Source of the DNA: an uncultured Candidatus Binatia bacterium
Lineage (GTDB): Bacteria > Desulfobacterota > Binatia > Bin18
NCBI GenBank assembly: GCA_958296235.1
Contig: OY282457.1
Span: 4,545,684-4,609,683 of the forward strand
Direction of reading: 5' to 3'
Length of the DNA stretch: 64,000 bases
Positions within the stretch are counted from its first letter, which is position 1. Each line of letters starts with the position of its first letter. Positions 56,199 to 64,000 of this stretch are shown here, piece by piece. A program made the position numbers and the translations under genes. The notes below the pieces were generated by a model that worked only from the letters and a program-made list of their open reading frames with translations, was not told the DNA's origin and did not search any database.

Positions 56199-56678
56199 CT
56201 ATGGAGCGAATTTATACGACTCCAGGGGAGAGTAGTCCATGCCGAGGATGACCCATTTCCCGTCGATCTTGGTATAGGTGAAGATATAGCGTCCATGCGC
56301 ATAGGTCATCTTTCCGCCCTGAGGTATCGCGGCAAGCTGGTAATGGCCCCAAGCCAGCGCGGTGGTCCCGACAATACGGAACTGGGGTGTGACCGGGGAG
56401 AGTTCGGCTTCTTCATACTGGCCAAAATATGCCTGAACGGCTTTTTGAAAATCAGCCCTGCCCTGGACCGGAAACGGGGAGAAAATGCCATACAGAACAA
56501 CATCGTCATGAACAGTCGCGACTGCGGCGGCCAGCTCTCGATTGTTGAGCGCTTCAATTTGCGTAGTGAAAGCCGATTTGAGCGCATCCAGGTCCTCATC
56601 GGCCAACGCGCTCGAAGAAAAGCAGAGGCCGGTCAGGAGCAGTGAAAAAAGGCCGGCCCGTACACAATACTTCAGCAT
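56199..56678 (-). CDS. Secreted NTF2-like / SnoaL-like (DUF4440-type) protein
   Basis: Signal peptide plus an NTF2-fold pattern. Confidence 0.55.
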   Translation of the reverse strand: MLKYCVRAGLFSLLLTGLCFSSSALADEDLDALKSAFTTQIEALNNRELAAAVATVHDDVVLYGIFSPFPVQGRADFQKAVQAYFGQYEEAELSPVTPQFRIVGTTALAWGHYQLAAIPQGGKMTYAHGRYIFTYTKIDGKWVILGMDYSPLESYKFAP

Positions 56679-56799
56679 TCGCTCTCTCCCTCCACACAGT
56701 ATGATACCGCTGCCATATCACTTTGTCTCAGGACAAAAAAGGTCGGTCGCTTCCCAGCCTGCATTGCTCCCCATCCCCAACTCCCACCCCCTGATCTTT

Positions 56800-58218
56800 T
56801 CACTTCGCCGCGGCCAGCAGTTCATCAAAAGAGTCCCGCAGGCAGGCGGCGTATGACCACGGAGCGGATACGAGGCCGGGGTCAACCGTTCCGCCGATAA
56901 CAAGGGTCTGATTATAGCTGACAATGGCATTGAAGAGCCCGATTCCTGCCGACAACAGGCCAATCGGCCGCAGGGCGAGCAGCTCGTGGCCGGCGAGGTA
57001 AAGGGGGGTTTGCGGACCTGGGACGTTGGTTGTCACGGTGTTCAAAAGCAGATTTGCCGCCGGCAGTTGTCCGGCGATGATTTGCCACACCGGCGGGACC
57101 CAACCAAAACGATTCAGGAGATCATACAAGAAACCGGCCTGATTCTGTTTTTTGAGCTGATCGACAGCCGCCCGCTGCGCGGCGTAGCGTTTGAGCGGGT
57201 CCTGTTCATCGATGAAGAGCGGGGCGAGCAGCATGGAAACCCGATTGCCCAAGCTGCCCTGCTCATCTTCCTGCCGCATACTGACCGGACACATGGTTCG
57301 CAGCACTCTCTTGGCGGTGGAGTACTGCTGGGCGCGCAGATACTTCCCGAGCCCGCCGGCGATGATGGTCAGTACGACATCATTGACTGTGCCCCCCAAC
57401 CTCGCTCGGGTCGCACGGATATCCGCGAAAGGAAAATCGGCCCAGACAAACTGCCGGGTTGATGACAAGGGCTTATTAAACGGCGTACTCGGTATGGGCT
57501 GGGCCAGGTTCGGCAGCGTTTGCATGAAGGAGAACAGCGCCTGTGAGGACTTCTGGAGAACCTGGGCCGCCTGTGCCGGCCGGAGCCATTGGGTGCCATC
57601 GGTCCAGCTTCGGATGGTCTCGGTCAGTCGGTCGTTCATGGCATCTTGCAGTTGGCTGGCAATATCGGGCAGGGGCTGGGGCTGCCAGGGCTGGGGAGGA
57701 GACAAGGGCGCAGAGGATTGCGGTGAGCGGTCATGCGTGACCGTCATCAGGTCAACCCCGGACACGCCATCGACCATGGCATGATGGACTTTCCAGATAA
57801 TGGGCGTCGTCCCATCCGGCCGGCCGCGCAGAATGCTCATCTTCCACAGGGGACGGCTGCGGTCGAGTGGCGGCGCGTAGAGCTTGCCCCCAAATTCAGA
57901 CAAGACCCGGTCGTCTCCGGGCGCGGGCAGGTCCACCTCTTCGATGTGCTGCTGGATGTCGAACCCAGGATCATCCTGCCAGGTGGGGTGGGCGACCCGC
58001 AAAGGTGGAAACATGACCTTTTGGCGATAGCGGGGCAGCAGGTGGAGGCGCTCCTGAAGGACCTGGACCAATTCTGCTTTGGCAATATCGCCGTCGTAGA
58101 CAAAGCATGAGCCCACGTGCAGCGGTTCGTTAGGCTTTTCATAATATAAAAAGGCTGCATCTGCTGCGCTTAAACGCTGGCTGAGGGACGGCTGGGCTGA
58201 TGAGGCGAGGCTGCTCAT
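56800..58218 (-). CDS. Wax-ester synthase/diacylglycerol acyltransferase (WS/DGAT)
   Basis: HHxxxDG active-site motif (HHAMVDG) and WS/DGAT N- and C-domains. GGAGAAG upstream of the trimmed ATG. Confidence 0.85.
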   Translation of the reverse strand: MSSLASSAQPSLSQRLSAADAAFLYYEKPNEPLHVGSCFVYDGDIAKAELVQVLQERLHLLPRYRQKVMFPPLRVAHPTWQDDPGFDIQQHIEEVDLPAPGDDRVLSEFGGKLYAPPLDRSRPLWKMSILRGRPDGTTPIIWKVHHAMVDGVSGVDLMTVTHDRSPQSSAPLSPPQPWQPQPLPDIASQLQDAMNDRLTETIRSWTDGTQWLRPAQAAQVLQKSSQALFSFMQTLPNLAQPIPSTPFNKPLSSTRQFVWADFPFADIRATRARLGGTVNDVVLTIIAGGLGKYLRAQQYSTAKRVLRTMCPVSMRQEDEQGSLGNRVSMLLAPLFIDEQDPLKRYAAQRAAVDQLKKQNQAGFLYDLLNRFGWVPPVWQIIAGQLPAANLLLNTVTTNVPGPQTPLYLAGHELLALRPIGLLSAGIGLFNAIVSYNQTLVIGGTVDPGLVSAPWSYAACLRDSFDELLAAAK

Positions 58219-58243
58219 GGTTCTTCTCCGCATTGTCCTGAGA

Positions 58244-60994
58244 TTATCGGCCAAACAAGGCGTCCAGTCCTTTTTGAAGCAATTGTTCTTCCAGGCTGGG
58301 GGCCGTGTCTGGCTGTTCGGATGCCGTACGGTCGGAGCCGTCCGCCTGCTGCGAGGCGCGGTCCTGCTGCTTCTTTTTTGTAGGGAGCAGCCGGTCCAGG
58401 ACTTTTTCCTGGACTACGTCCTGCAAAGCTCTCGTGGCCGCCCGCTGGATAAGGGCGCCGAGCTGCTGAGCGTCCAGGGCCGGGCGAACCGCGGGGAAAA
58501 CGCCGGCAAGGGCGAACGGAATTTCCACGCGCTCCTCGGCATTGGCAATATATCTCAGCTCTTTGGTCGCTCGCATGAGGTCGGACGAGAGGGCTTGAGA
58601 AAGCGTCAGCGAAGCGGTCGCATCAACCTGCTGTTCAAAATCCATCCAGCCTTTCGCCTGTGTCCGAAAGTCACGCGCGGCAATGCGGAGGCGGTCGAGC
58701 TTGATTTTTCCCTGGCCGAGCGAGAACTGACTTGTGCATTCCTCAAACTCGGTGTGGGGAGAGGCGAAAACTTCTGGATATTTATCCCGGAGCTGTTGCG
58801 GCAGGACGAGCGATAAGCCCGGAATACCGGTCAGGCCAGACAGGACGCCTTCGGCCAGATTGAACTCTCGTAGCGCTCCATCCCTAATTTCGGCCTTTCC
58901 CTGCCCGCCCAGGGTTGGCTTGAGGGCGTCCCAGGAGTGCCCGTTTCCTGAGACGGTGAAGTCGAGCGAGGCCGTGCCCTGGACTGGGGGGTCTGTGAGA
59001 GCAAGTCCTGAGCGAAAGAATTCCGTGAGATTGACGGCCTCTATCTGAGCGGTGACAGCCATGCGCGGGGGCTCCGCTCCAAAATCATACTGCCCGCTTC
59101 CGTCAAGCCGGCCCTCAAAGGCGGACAGCTTGAAACTGTCGATCGTGGCGACCTGGTTGGCGACTGAGGAGTCAAGCTGCAAGTCGGTATAGTTTATCTG
59201 GGCAACGCGGCCCTGTTTGGATGACAGTTGACCTGCATGGCCGAGGTCTCCACCTTGCCGCCAGACCCGGCCCGTAGCGGACACCGCTTCGAGCCGGTCC
59301 TCCGCGGCTCCGGGCTGAAGGTCTGCCAGTCTGAGTGTGGGCGCGCGCAGCTCATAGGCGGCTTTCAGTGGTTGAAATTGTTCAATCCGGGCCTCAAGCT
59401 CAAGCGCTGATTGTCCGATGCGCGCCGTTGTCTTGGTCAGCTCAGCCCCCTGACCGGTCAAGGTGATGGCTGCCTGAATATCCGTCAGCGGCTGGGCCAA
59501 CTGCGCGGGGGTGGCGGTTCCATCCTGGAGGCTCAGCGTCCCCGTGAGCTGGGGGAGGTGTTCCGTTGAGAGCGGCCCGACTATCCGTAGCTGCGTCTCA
59601 AAGCTGCCGGCTAGGCCATAGTCCTGGAGGAGGGGCAGCAGGTCGTGCAATTCTGCCAAATCGGCCCGATTCGAGTCTATCGTCAGATCAAGGGTGGGAG
59701 GGGTGTCAAAGTCAACCTGTCCGCTGACCGTCAGGGCCAGCGGATGCAGATTGAGCGTGAGTTCCTGGAGGGCGGCGGTCTGGGGTGTCAGTCGCGCCTG
59801 AGTCGAGAGGGCGAAGACACTCCCGGACGGCTTATGAAAGAATGCGCCAAAACGGAGGGCGCTGTCGGTTGCCTCGACCTGGCTCGTCAGCGTCATATTG
59901 TTGGGCCGGCCGCTCGCCTGGACGGTCACGGAAATGGAGCCCTCAAGGCTGAGGTCCGGGGGCAGGTGTTCGCCCACCGGACCAAACTGGCGGACGCGCT
60001 CAAGGGCGAGCGGTCCCAGCCTCACGGCGGCGTCCAGGGTGCTCTCGGCGAGCGGGTCCGGGACCTCGGCGCCAACCGGCCCAAAGCTGCCCGTGACCTG
60101 GATGTTGGGTACGCTGGAATCGAAGAGCGCCGCTTGCAGGTCCAGATTGGCGAATTGCAGGGCCCCGACACGACCGGACACCGCGGTTTCCAGATTGAGT
60201 GGACCGGAAATGCCCAACCCTGGTGGAATGTGCTGGGCAATATGCGGCAGGGTGTGTTGCAGGCTGTTCAGGTCGAGTTGACTGATCGTGAGCCGGCCTT
60301 CGAGTGGAATGGTGTTGACATCATCCAACCCTTGGCCGACTGGCCCGGCTTGCAGGTCTACGTTTATGTTCTGCTGGTCTGAGAGAACGGCGGCGTCAAG
60401 TGCGAGCCGAACCGGCTCGTCAAGACTCACGTCGCGCGCCTGAAGGTCGAGCTGGGTCACTCGAAAATCCGCCCCGGTCTGTCGGTCCATATAGCGAACA
60501 TCTCCTCCCTGGATATCAACGAGAGCGACCAGGAACAGCAGGGGAGGAGATTCTGTTCCGTCGCCCTCCTGCGGTGTCTGTTGTGAGGCGCTCTCCGCCG
60601 CGGTGTGGGTCAGGCTGGTGAAGTTGAAGCGTCCCCGCTCATCGCGGATAAGCTGAATCTGGGGGTTGCGCAGGATTAAACGGCCGACCTGGATTTCCTG
60701 AGACAAGAGCGGCCACAGCGCAACATTTACCTGAAGGGCGTCGGCCCGGACAAAGGCGTCAGCCGAAAAGGCCGGATCGTCGGCAATGCGAAACTGGGTC
60801 AGACGCGCGCCTATCCCGCCCCACACGGTCACGCCGATTTCCTCGACCTCAACCTCTCGGCCAAGGGTCTGCTCGACCTGTTGCAGAATCTGCTCTTTAT
60901 TGCTGGCAATCAGGCTGTTGAGGTTGAGGAAGGCAAAGGCCAGCAGGCCGACTGCAATAAGAAGAACCGCGCCAATAATCAACAGCGTGCGCAT
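58244..60994 (-). CDS. AsmA-family outer-membrane assembly protein
   Basis: N-terminal signal anchor, repetitive beta-rich body and AsmA-like C-terminus. Confidence 0.8.
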   Translation of the reverse strand: MRTLLIIGAVLLIAVGLLAFAFLNLNSLIASNKEQILQQVEQTLGREVEVEEIGVTVWGGIGARLTQFRIADDPAFSADAFVRADALQVNVALWPLLSQEIQVGRLILRNPQIQLIRDERGRFNFTSLTHTAAESASQQTPQEGDGTESPPLLFLVALVDIQGGDVRYMDRQTGADFRVTQLDLQARDVSLDEPVRLALDAAVLSDQQNINVDLQAGPVGQGLDDVNTIPLEGRLTISQLDLNSLQHTLPHIAQHIPPGLGISGPLNLETAVSGRVGALQFANLDLQAALFDSSVPNIQVTGSFGPVGAEVPDPLAESTLDAAVRLGPLALERVRQFGPVGEHLPPDLSLEGSISVTVQASGRPNNMTLTSQVEATDSALRFGAFFHKPSGSVFALSTQARLTPQTAALQELTLNLHPLALTVSGQVDFDTPPTLDLTIDSNRADLAELHDLLPLLQDYGLAGSFETQLRIVGPLSTEHLPQLTGTLSLQDGTATPAQLAQPLTDIQAAITLTGQGAELTKTTARIGQSALELEARIEQFQPLKAAYELRAPTLRLADLQPGAAEDRLEAVSATGRVWRQGGDLGHAGQLSSKQGRVAQINYTDLQLDSSVANQVATIDSFKLSAFEGRLDGSGQYDFGAEPPRMAVTAQIEAVNLTEFFRSGLALTDPPVQGTASLDFTVSGNGHSWDALKPTLGGQGKAEIRDGALREFNLAEGVLSGLTGIPGLSLVLPQQLRDKYPEVFASPHTEFEECTSQFSLGQGKIKLDRLRIAARDFRTQAKGWMDFEQQVDATASLTLSQALSSDLMRATKELRYIANAEERVEIPFALAGVFPAVRPALDAQQLGALIQRAATRALQDVVQEKVLDRLLPTKKKQQDRASQQADGSDRTASEQPDTAPSLEEQLLQKGLDALFGR

Positions 60995-61043
60995 CGCACC
61001 ATCTCCTCATTCGGAAGCATATCTCTCCGCCCTCTCCCCGAAC

Positions 61044-61757
61044 CTACACGATGTCCAGAAGTTCGGGAATGCTGCGGATCACATGCCGGGGAGGGGTCGG
61101 GCTGTGCGGTGGCTCGATATCAGGCCGCGACCAGATTAAAACCGAGCGCATCCCCGCCCGGTTGGCCCCGGCAATATCCTGCTGAAGGGAATCCCCGACA
61201 AAATATGCCTGGCCCGGCGCACAATCGGCTTGGGCAAGGGCGCGCGAAAAAATGGCTGAGTCCGGCTTGCAGGACTGCGCGTCTTCACTGCTGAGGAGGG
61301 AGTCAAAGCAGGGGCCGAGTCGAGAGAGTTGCAGCAGGTGTGAAAACTGGTCGTTGTCGGCATTGCTGACAATGCCGAGGTGGAGGCCGCGCTGACGTAA
61401 CGCCCCCAAGGTCTCGGCGACCCCGGCCCGCAAGCAAAAGTCCTGCTCCCGGCGTTGGTGTTGAGCGGCCCGGTAGCGGGCGAGCTGTTCCTGGGTGAAG
61501 GTCGTGCCAAACTGGGCTGCGGTGGCCTGCAAAGCGTCCTGGAACATATCGCGGTGCAGATAATACGGGCGGGGCAGGTATTGGTAAAACACGTTTTTCA
61601 GCGCTGCCCGATAGGCCCGTTGAATGTCCTGCGCTGCTGCCGTAATCCCGGCTGCCTGGGCCAGCTCGATTAAGCCGGCGCGCTCTCCCGGTGCGGTTGT
61701 TTCATAGTCAAACAGGGTGCCGCCAAAATCAAAGAAAACTGCTCGTGCGTCTGCCAT
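61044..61757 (-). CDS. HAD-IA family hydrolase
   Basis: Motif I FDFGGTL, motif II SN, motif III K, motif IV GDSLQQD. Confidence 0.8.
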   Translation of the reverse strand: MADARAVFFDFGGTLFDYETTAPGERAGLIELAQAAGITAAAQDIQRAYRAALKNVFYQYLPRPYYLHRDMFQDALQATAAQFGTTFTQEQLARYRAAQHQRREQDFCLRAGVAETLGALRQRGLHLGIVSNADNDQFSHLLQLSRLGPCFDSLLSSEDAQSCKPDSAIFSRALAQADCAPGQAYFVGDSLQQDIAGANRAGMRSVLIWSRPDIEPPHSPTPPRHVIRSIPELLDIV

Positions 61758-61867
61758 ACCGTGCCCGATTCTTTATCAGTTCTGCGCCAGGAGAGTAGAG
61801 AGGCCATAGAATTGTGTCAAGCAAATCTGTCTCCGCTGTTATTGCAGCCCTGCTCGTCCTGATTGGC

Positions 61868-62866
61868 CTATATCCGCAGGACAGCGGCTCCATTCAGCTG
61901 TCCGTTTTTCATGCGCCTTAATGCGGTGTTCGCCTGCGCCAGGGAGTATGCTTCGGTCTCGGTATGGAGCGGTATGCTCTGGGCCAGGTGGAGCAAGTCC
62001 TGCCCGTCCTGGCGCGTATTGGCCGTCACGCTGCAAATGGCGCGCTCGTAGAAAAGAGCGTCGGCATAATCGAGCCGCGGAATCTGGGTCATGTGGACGC
62101 CGGCTAAGGCCAGGGTGCCGCCTCGGTCCAGCGCTGCCAGGGCCGGGGGGACCAAGTTTCCGGCTGGAGCAAAAATAATCGCGGCATGAAGTTTCTCGGG
62201 CAGAGGATCGGTGATCTCCCCGACCCAGATGGCGCCTAACCGGGTGGCGAGGGCGCGATGTGTCTGGCCGCGCGTTACCACATAGACCTCGCAGCCCCAA
62301 TGCCGGGCAATCTGGATGACAATATGGGCGGACCCCCCGAAGCCATACAAGCCCAGGCGTTGTTTGGGTTGCACGCCGCAGCGCTGCAAGGCGCGGTAGC
62401 CGATAATTCCTGCACACAGAAACGGGGCCGCCTCCACTGAGGAGAGCGCAGCCGGCAGGGGATACACAAACGCCTCAGGGGCGACAACATACTCGGCATA
62501 GCCACCGTGTTTGGTATAGCCGGTAAATTGCGGCTGCTGGCACAGATTCTCATCTCCGCGCCGACAGTAGTCACACTGCGTACAGGCGGCATACAGCCAG
62601 GCCACGCCGACCCGGTCGCCTTCCTTGAGGCGCTGTACGCCGACTCCGCGGCGTACGATGCTGCCGACGATTTCATGGCCGGGGATGAGGGGGCTGCGCT
62701 GGGTCGGCAGGTCGCCTTCAGCAATATGCAGGTCGGTTCGACATACCCCGCACACCTCAACCCGAATGAGGACTTCGCCCTGGGCCGGCTGGGGAATGGG
62801 GAGGTCCAGGGCGTGGAGCGGGTGGGTCTCGATCGGTCCGGGAGCAACAACAGCCATGGCGTGCAT
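61868..62866 (-). CDS. Zinc-dependent alcohol dehydrogenase (MDR family)
   Basis: GHE zinc motif (PLIPGHEIVG), structural Zn Cys cluster (CTQCDYCRRGDENLC) and Rossmann GFGGSA. Start at MHAMAVV with GGGGGAA upstream. Confidence 0.85.
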   Translation of the reverse strand: MHAMAVVAPGPIETHPLHALDLPIPQPAQGEVLIRVEVCGVCRTDLHIAEGDLPTQRSPLIPGHEIVGSIVRRGVGVQRLKEGDRVGVAWLYAACTQCDYCRRGDENLCQQPQFTGYTKHGGYAEYVVAPEAFVYPLPAALSSVEAAPFLCAGIIGYRALQRCGVQPKQRLGLYGFGGSAHIVIQIARHWGCEVYVVTRGQTHRALATRLGAIWVGEITDPLPEKLHAAIIFAPAGNLVPPALAALDRGGTLALAGVHMTQIPRLDYADALFYERAICSVTANTRQDGQDLLHLAQSIPLHTETEAYSLAQANTALRRMKNGQLNGAAVLRI

Positions 62867-62891
62867 CGGGTTCCCCCTGAGTGGGACTGGC

Positions 62892-63668
62892 TTATTGAAT
62901 CGCCGCATCACGAATCGCACGCGAAAGGCAGGCGGGGCAGTGGCAATTTTCATCATTAGGGCCAAAATGAACGAGCCCATGTAAAACGCCACCTTCAGAA
63001 TCGAATCTGGACACGATTTTGTCAAAGTATCTGGTATCCTGATACTCGTATCTACGCCGAACGGCCCAGGCGACGAGGTCGGCAATCTGGATGATTCGCG
63101 AGGCTTGTGAATCGACGAATAACGGAACTTCCGCTAAATTGCGGAGCTCTCCCCACCGCGTTCCCTGCACGCGAAATGTACGGGCAAGGCTTTGAAGCGC
63201 ACTCTCGTAGTTCGACTTATCCATGACGACAAGGCCACGATGCTTTCCTTCTTCCTTTTTCTCCGCTCGGTTATAGATGCGTTTTAGTTGAAGATTGAAG
63301 CGGTTGCATATTTCTTCGAAAGCGTACTCAACCGGATCGTTGGGAGCGCGCTGCGCCTTATGAACCGCAATCGCAAACAGACTGACGCTCCCATGGCTTT
63401 GCCGGACAATTTCCAGAGCATTTTCGACGATTTGAAGGCGTTCTTTCCGTGGAACTCCCTTCCAAGGCTTCTCCCTGCCGTTTGCGATAACGCTGGCGTG
63501 AAGTTCTACATCTTCAGGAGGACCAAGATCCAAAGACTCAACGAATTCATCGACGTGTTTAATCAAATGAAATATTTGACGCTCAAATACGGAAACACCG
63601 CCGAGAATGAAATACTTCTCATTCGGGTTTTTAACCGAACCGGAACCGTCAATATAAACGAGATACAT
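62892..63668 (-). CDS. DUF3800-family protein
   Basis: N-terminus MYLVYIDGSGS is the DUF3800 signature. Markedly lower GC than its neighbours. Confidence 0.6.
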   Translation of the reverse strand: MYLVYIDGSGSVKNPNEKYFILGGVSVFERQIFHLIKHVDEFVESLDLGPPEDVELHASVIANGREKPWKGVPRKERLQIVENALEIVRQSHGSVSLFAIAVHKAQRAPNDPVEYAFEEICNRFNLQLKRIYNRAEKKEEGKHRGLVVMDKSNYESALQSLARTFRVQGTRWGELRNLAEVPLFVDSQASRIIQIADLVAWAVRRRYEYQDTRYFDKIVSRFDSEGGVLHGLVHFGPNDENCHCPACLSRAIRDAAIQ

Positions 63669-64000
63669 GCTTTCCCTGGGATACAGGGCTTCATTCGTTG
63701 ATAAAAAAGCAGCCGAGTGTGGAACCTGCCCACAGCGGACCGTGAATGTCACAGCCCTCTCGACCGCATGACATATTTACTTATATGAATGGAAGATGTT
63801 TTTCAAACTCCCCCGATAGCTATTCCTCCTATGTTTTACGGCGTTCTGAACATCACATGTCTGCGGTCGGGGTCAACCGAAAATACCGAAAGCCGCCGCC
63901 GCCTTTCCAGCGCAGGCGCTTGCTGACGCCGGTCTGGTCTGTCCCGTCGACAACGGCTCGGAGGCGGGGCAGGATGTGCGTATTGCACTGGGGGCCGTTC

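Overview
High-GC (about 60-65%) bacterial chromosomal window, dense with coding sequence. Phylum is uncertain: F420-dependent LLM oxidoreductases sit alongside LpxD and AsmA, which is an unusual mix. Ordinary content includes recJ (3' part), two acyl-CoA dehydrogenases, a bicupin, NhaC, SDR, NUDIX, vapBC, LLM oxidoreductases, a pentapeptide-repeat protein, nitronate monooxygenase, a heme-copper oxidase cluster (ctaC-ctaD-ctaA-ctaB-ctaE-coxIV-SCO1), hisG, lpxD, PAS/CBS proteins, a class III PhaC-like protein, WS/DGAT, AsmA, HAD and ADH. The accessory region is a split Type I restriction-modification locus (hsdM, 2-kb cargo, hsdS, hicB, AlbA_2/HATPase/wHTH ATPase, hsdR, all but hicB on the minus strand). 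Its cargo includes a 4-gene operon with a zeta-toxin-like P-loop kinase and a Fic-type wHTH remnant. Two copies of a GC-rich MITE-like element with about 17-bp terminal inverted repeats bracket the hsdR-hsdS-cargo segment in direct orientation. A third, partial copy lies at 14.2 kb. A second candidate system is a 6-7 gene, translationally coupled envelope glycoconjugate cluster at 49.6-56.2 kb. It runs flippase-like LPG-synthase-TM protein, GT2, NodB deacetylase, FemAB-like acyltransferase, polytopic GT-C-like membrane protein, SAM methyltransferase, and it resembles an Arn-type undecaprenyl-phosphate-sugar pathway. Further oddities: an 11-bp tandem repeat inside the AlbA_2 gene; a duplicated segment creating a chimeric ORF; a duplicated ferredoxin 3' end flanking a small inserted ORF; a minisatellite beside tRNA-Arg(CCG); and a low-GC DUF3800 gene at the window edge. 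No CRISPR array or rRNA was seen. Several ORF-track starts, which also translate GTG/TTG starts as M, were trimmed to internal ATG/TTG starts with SD-like motifs.
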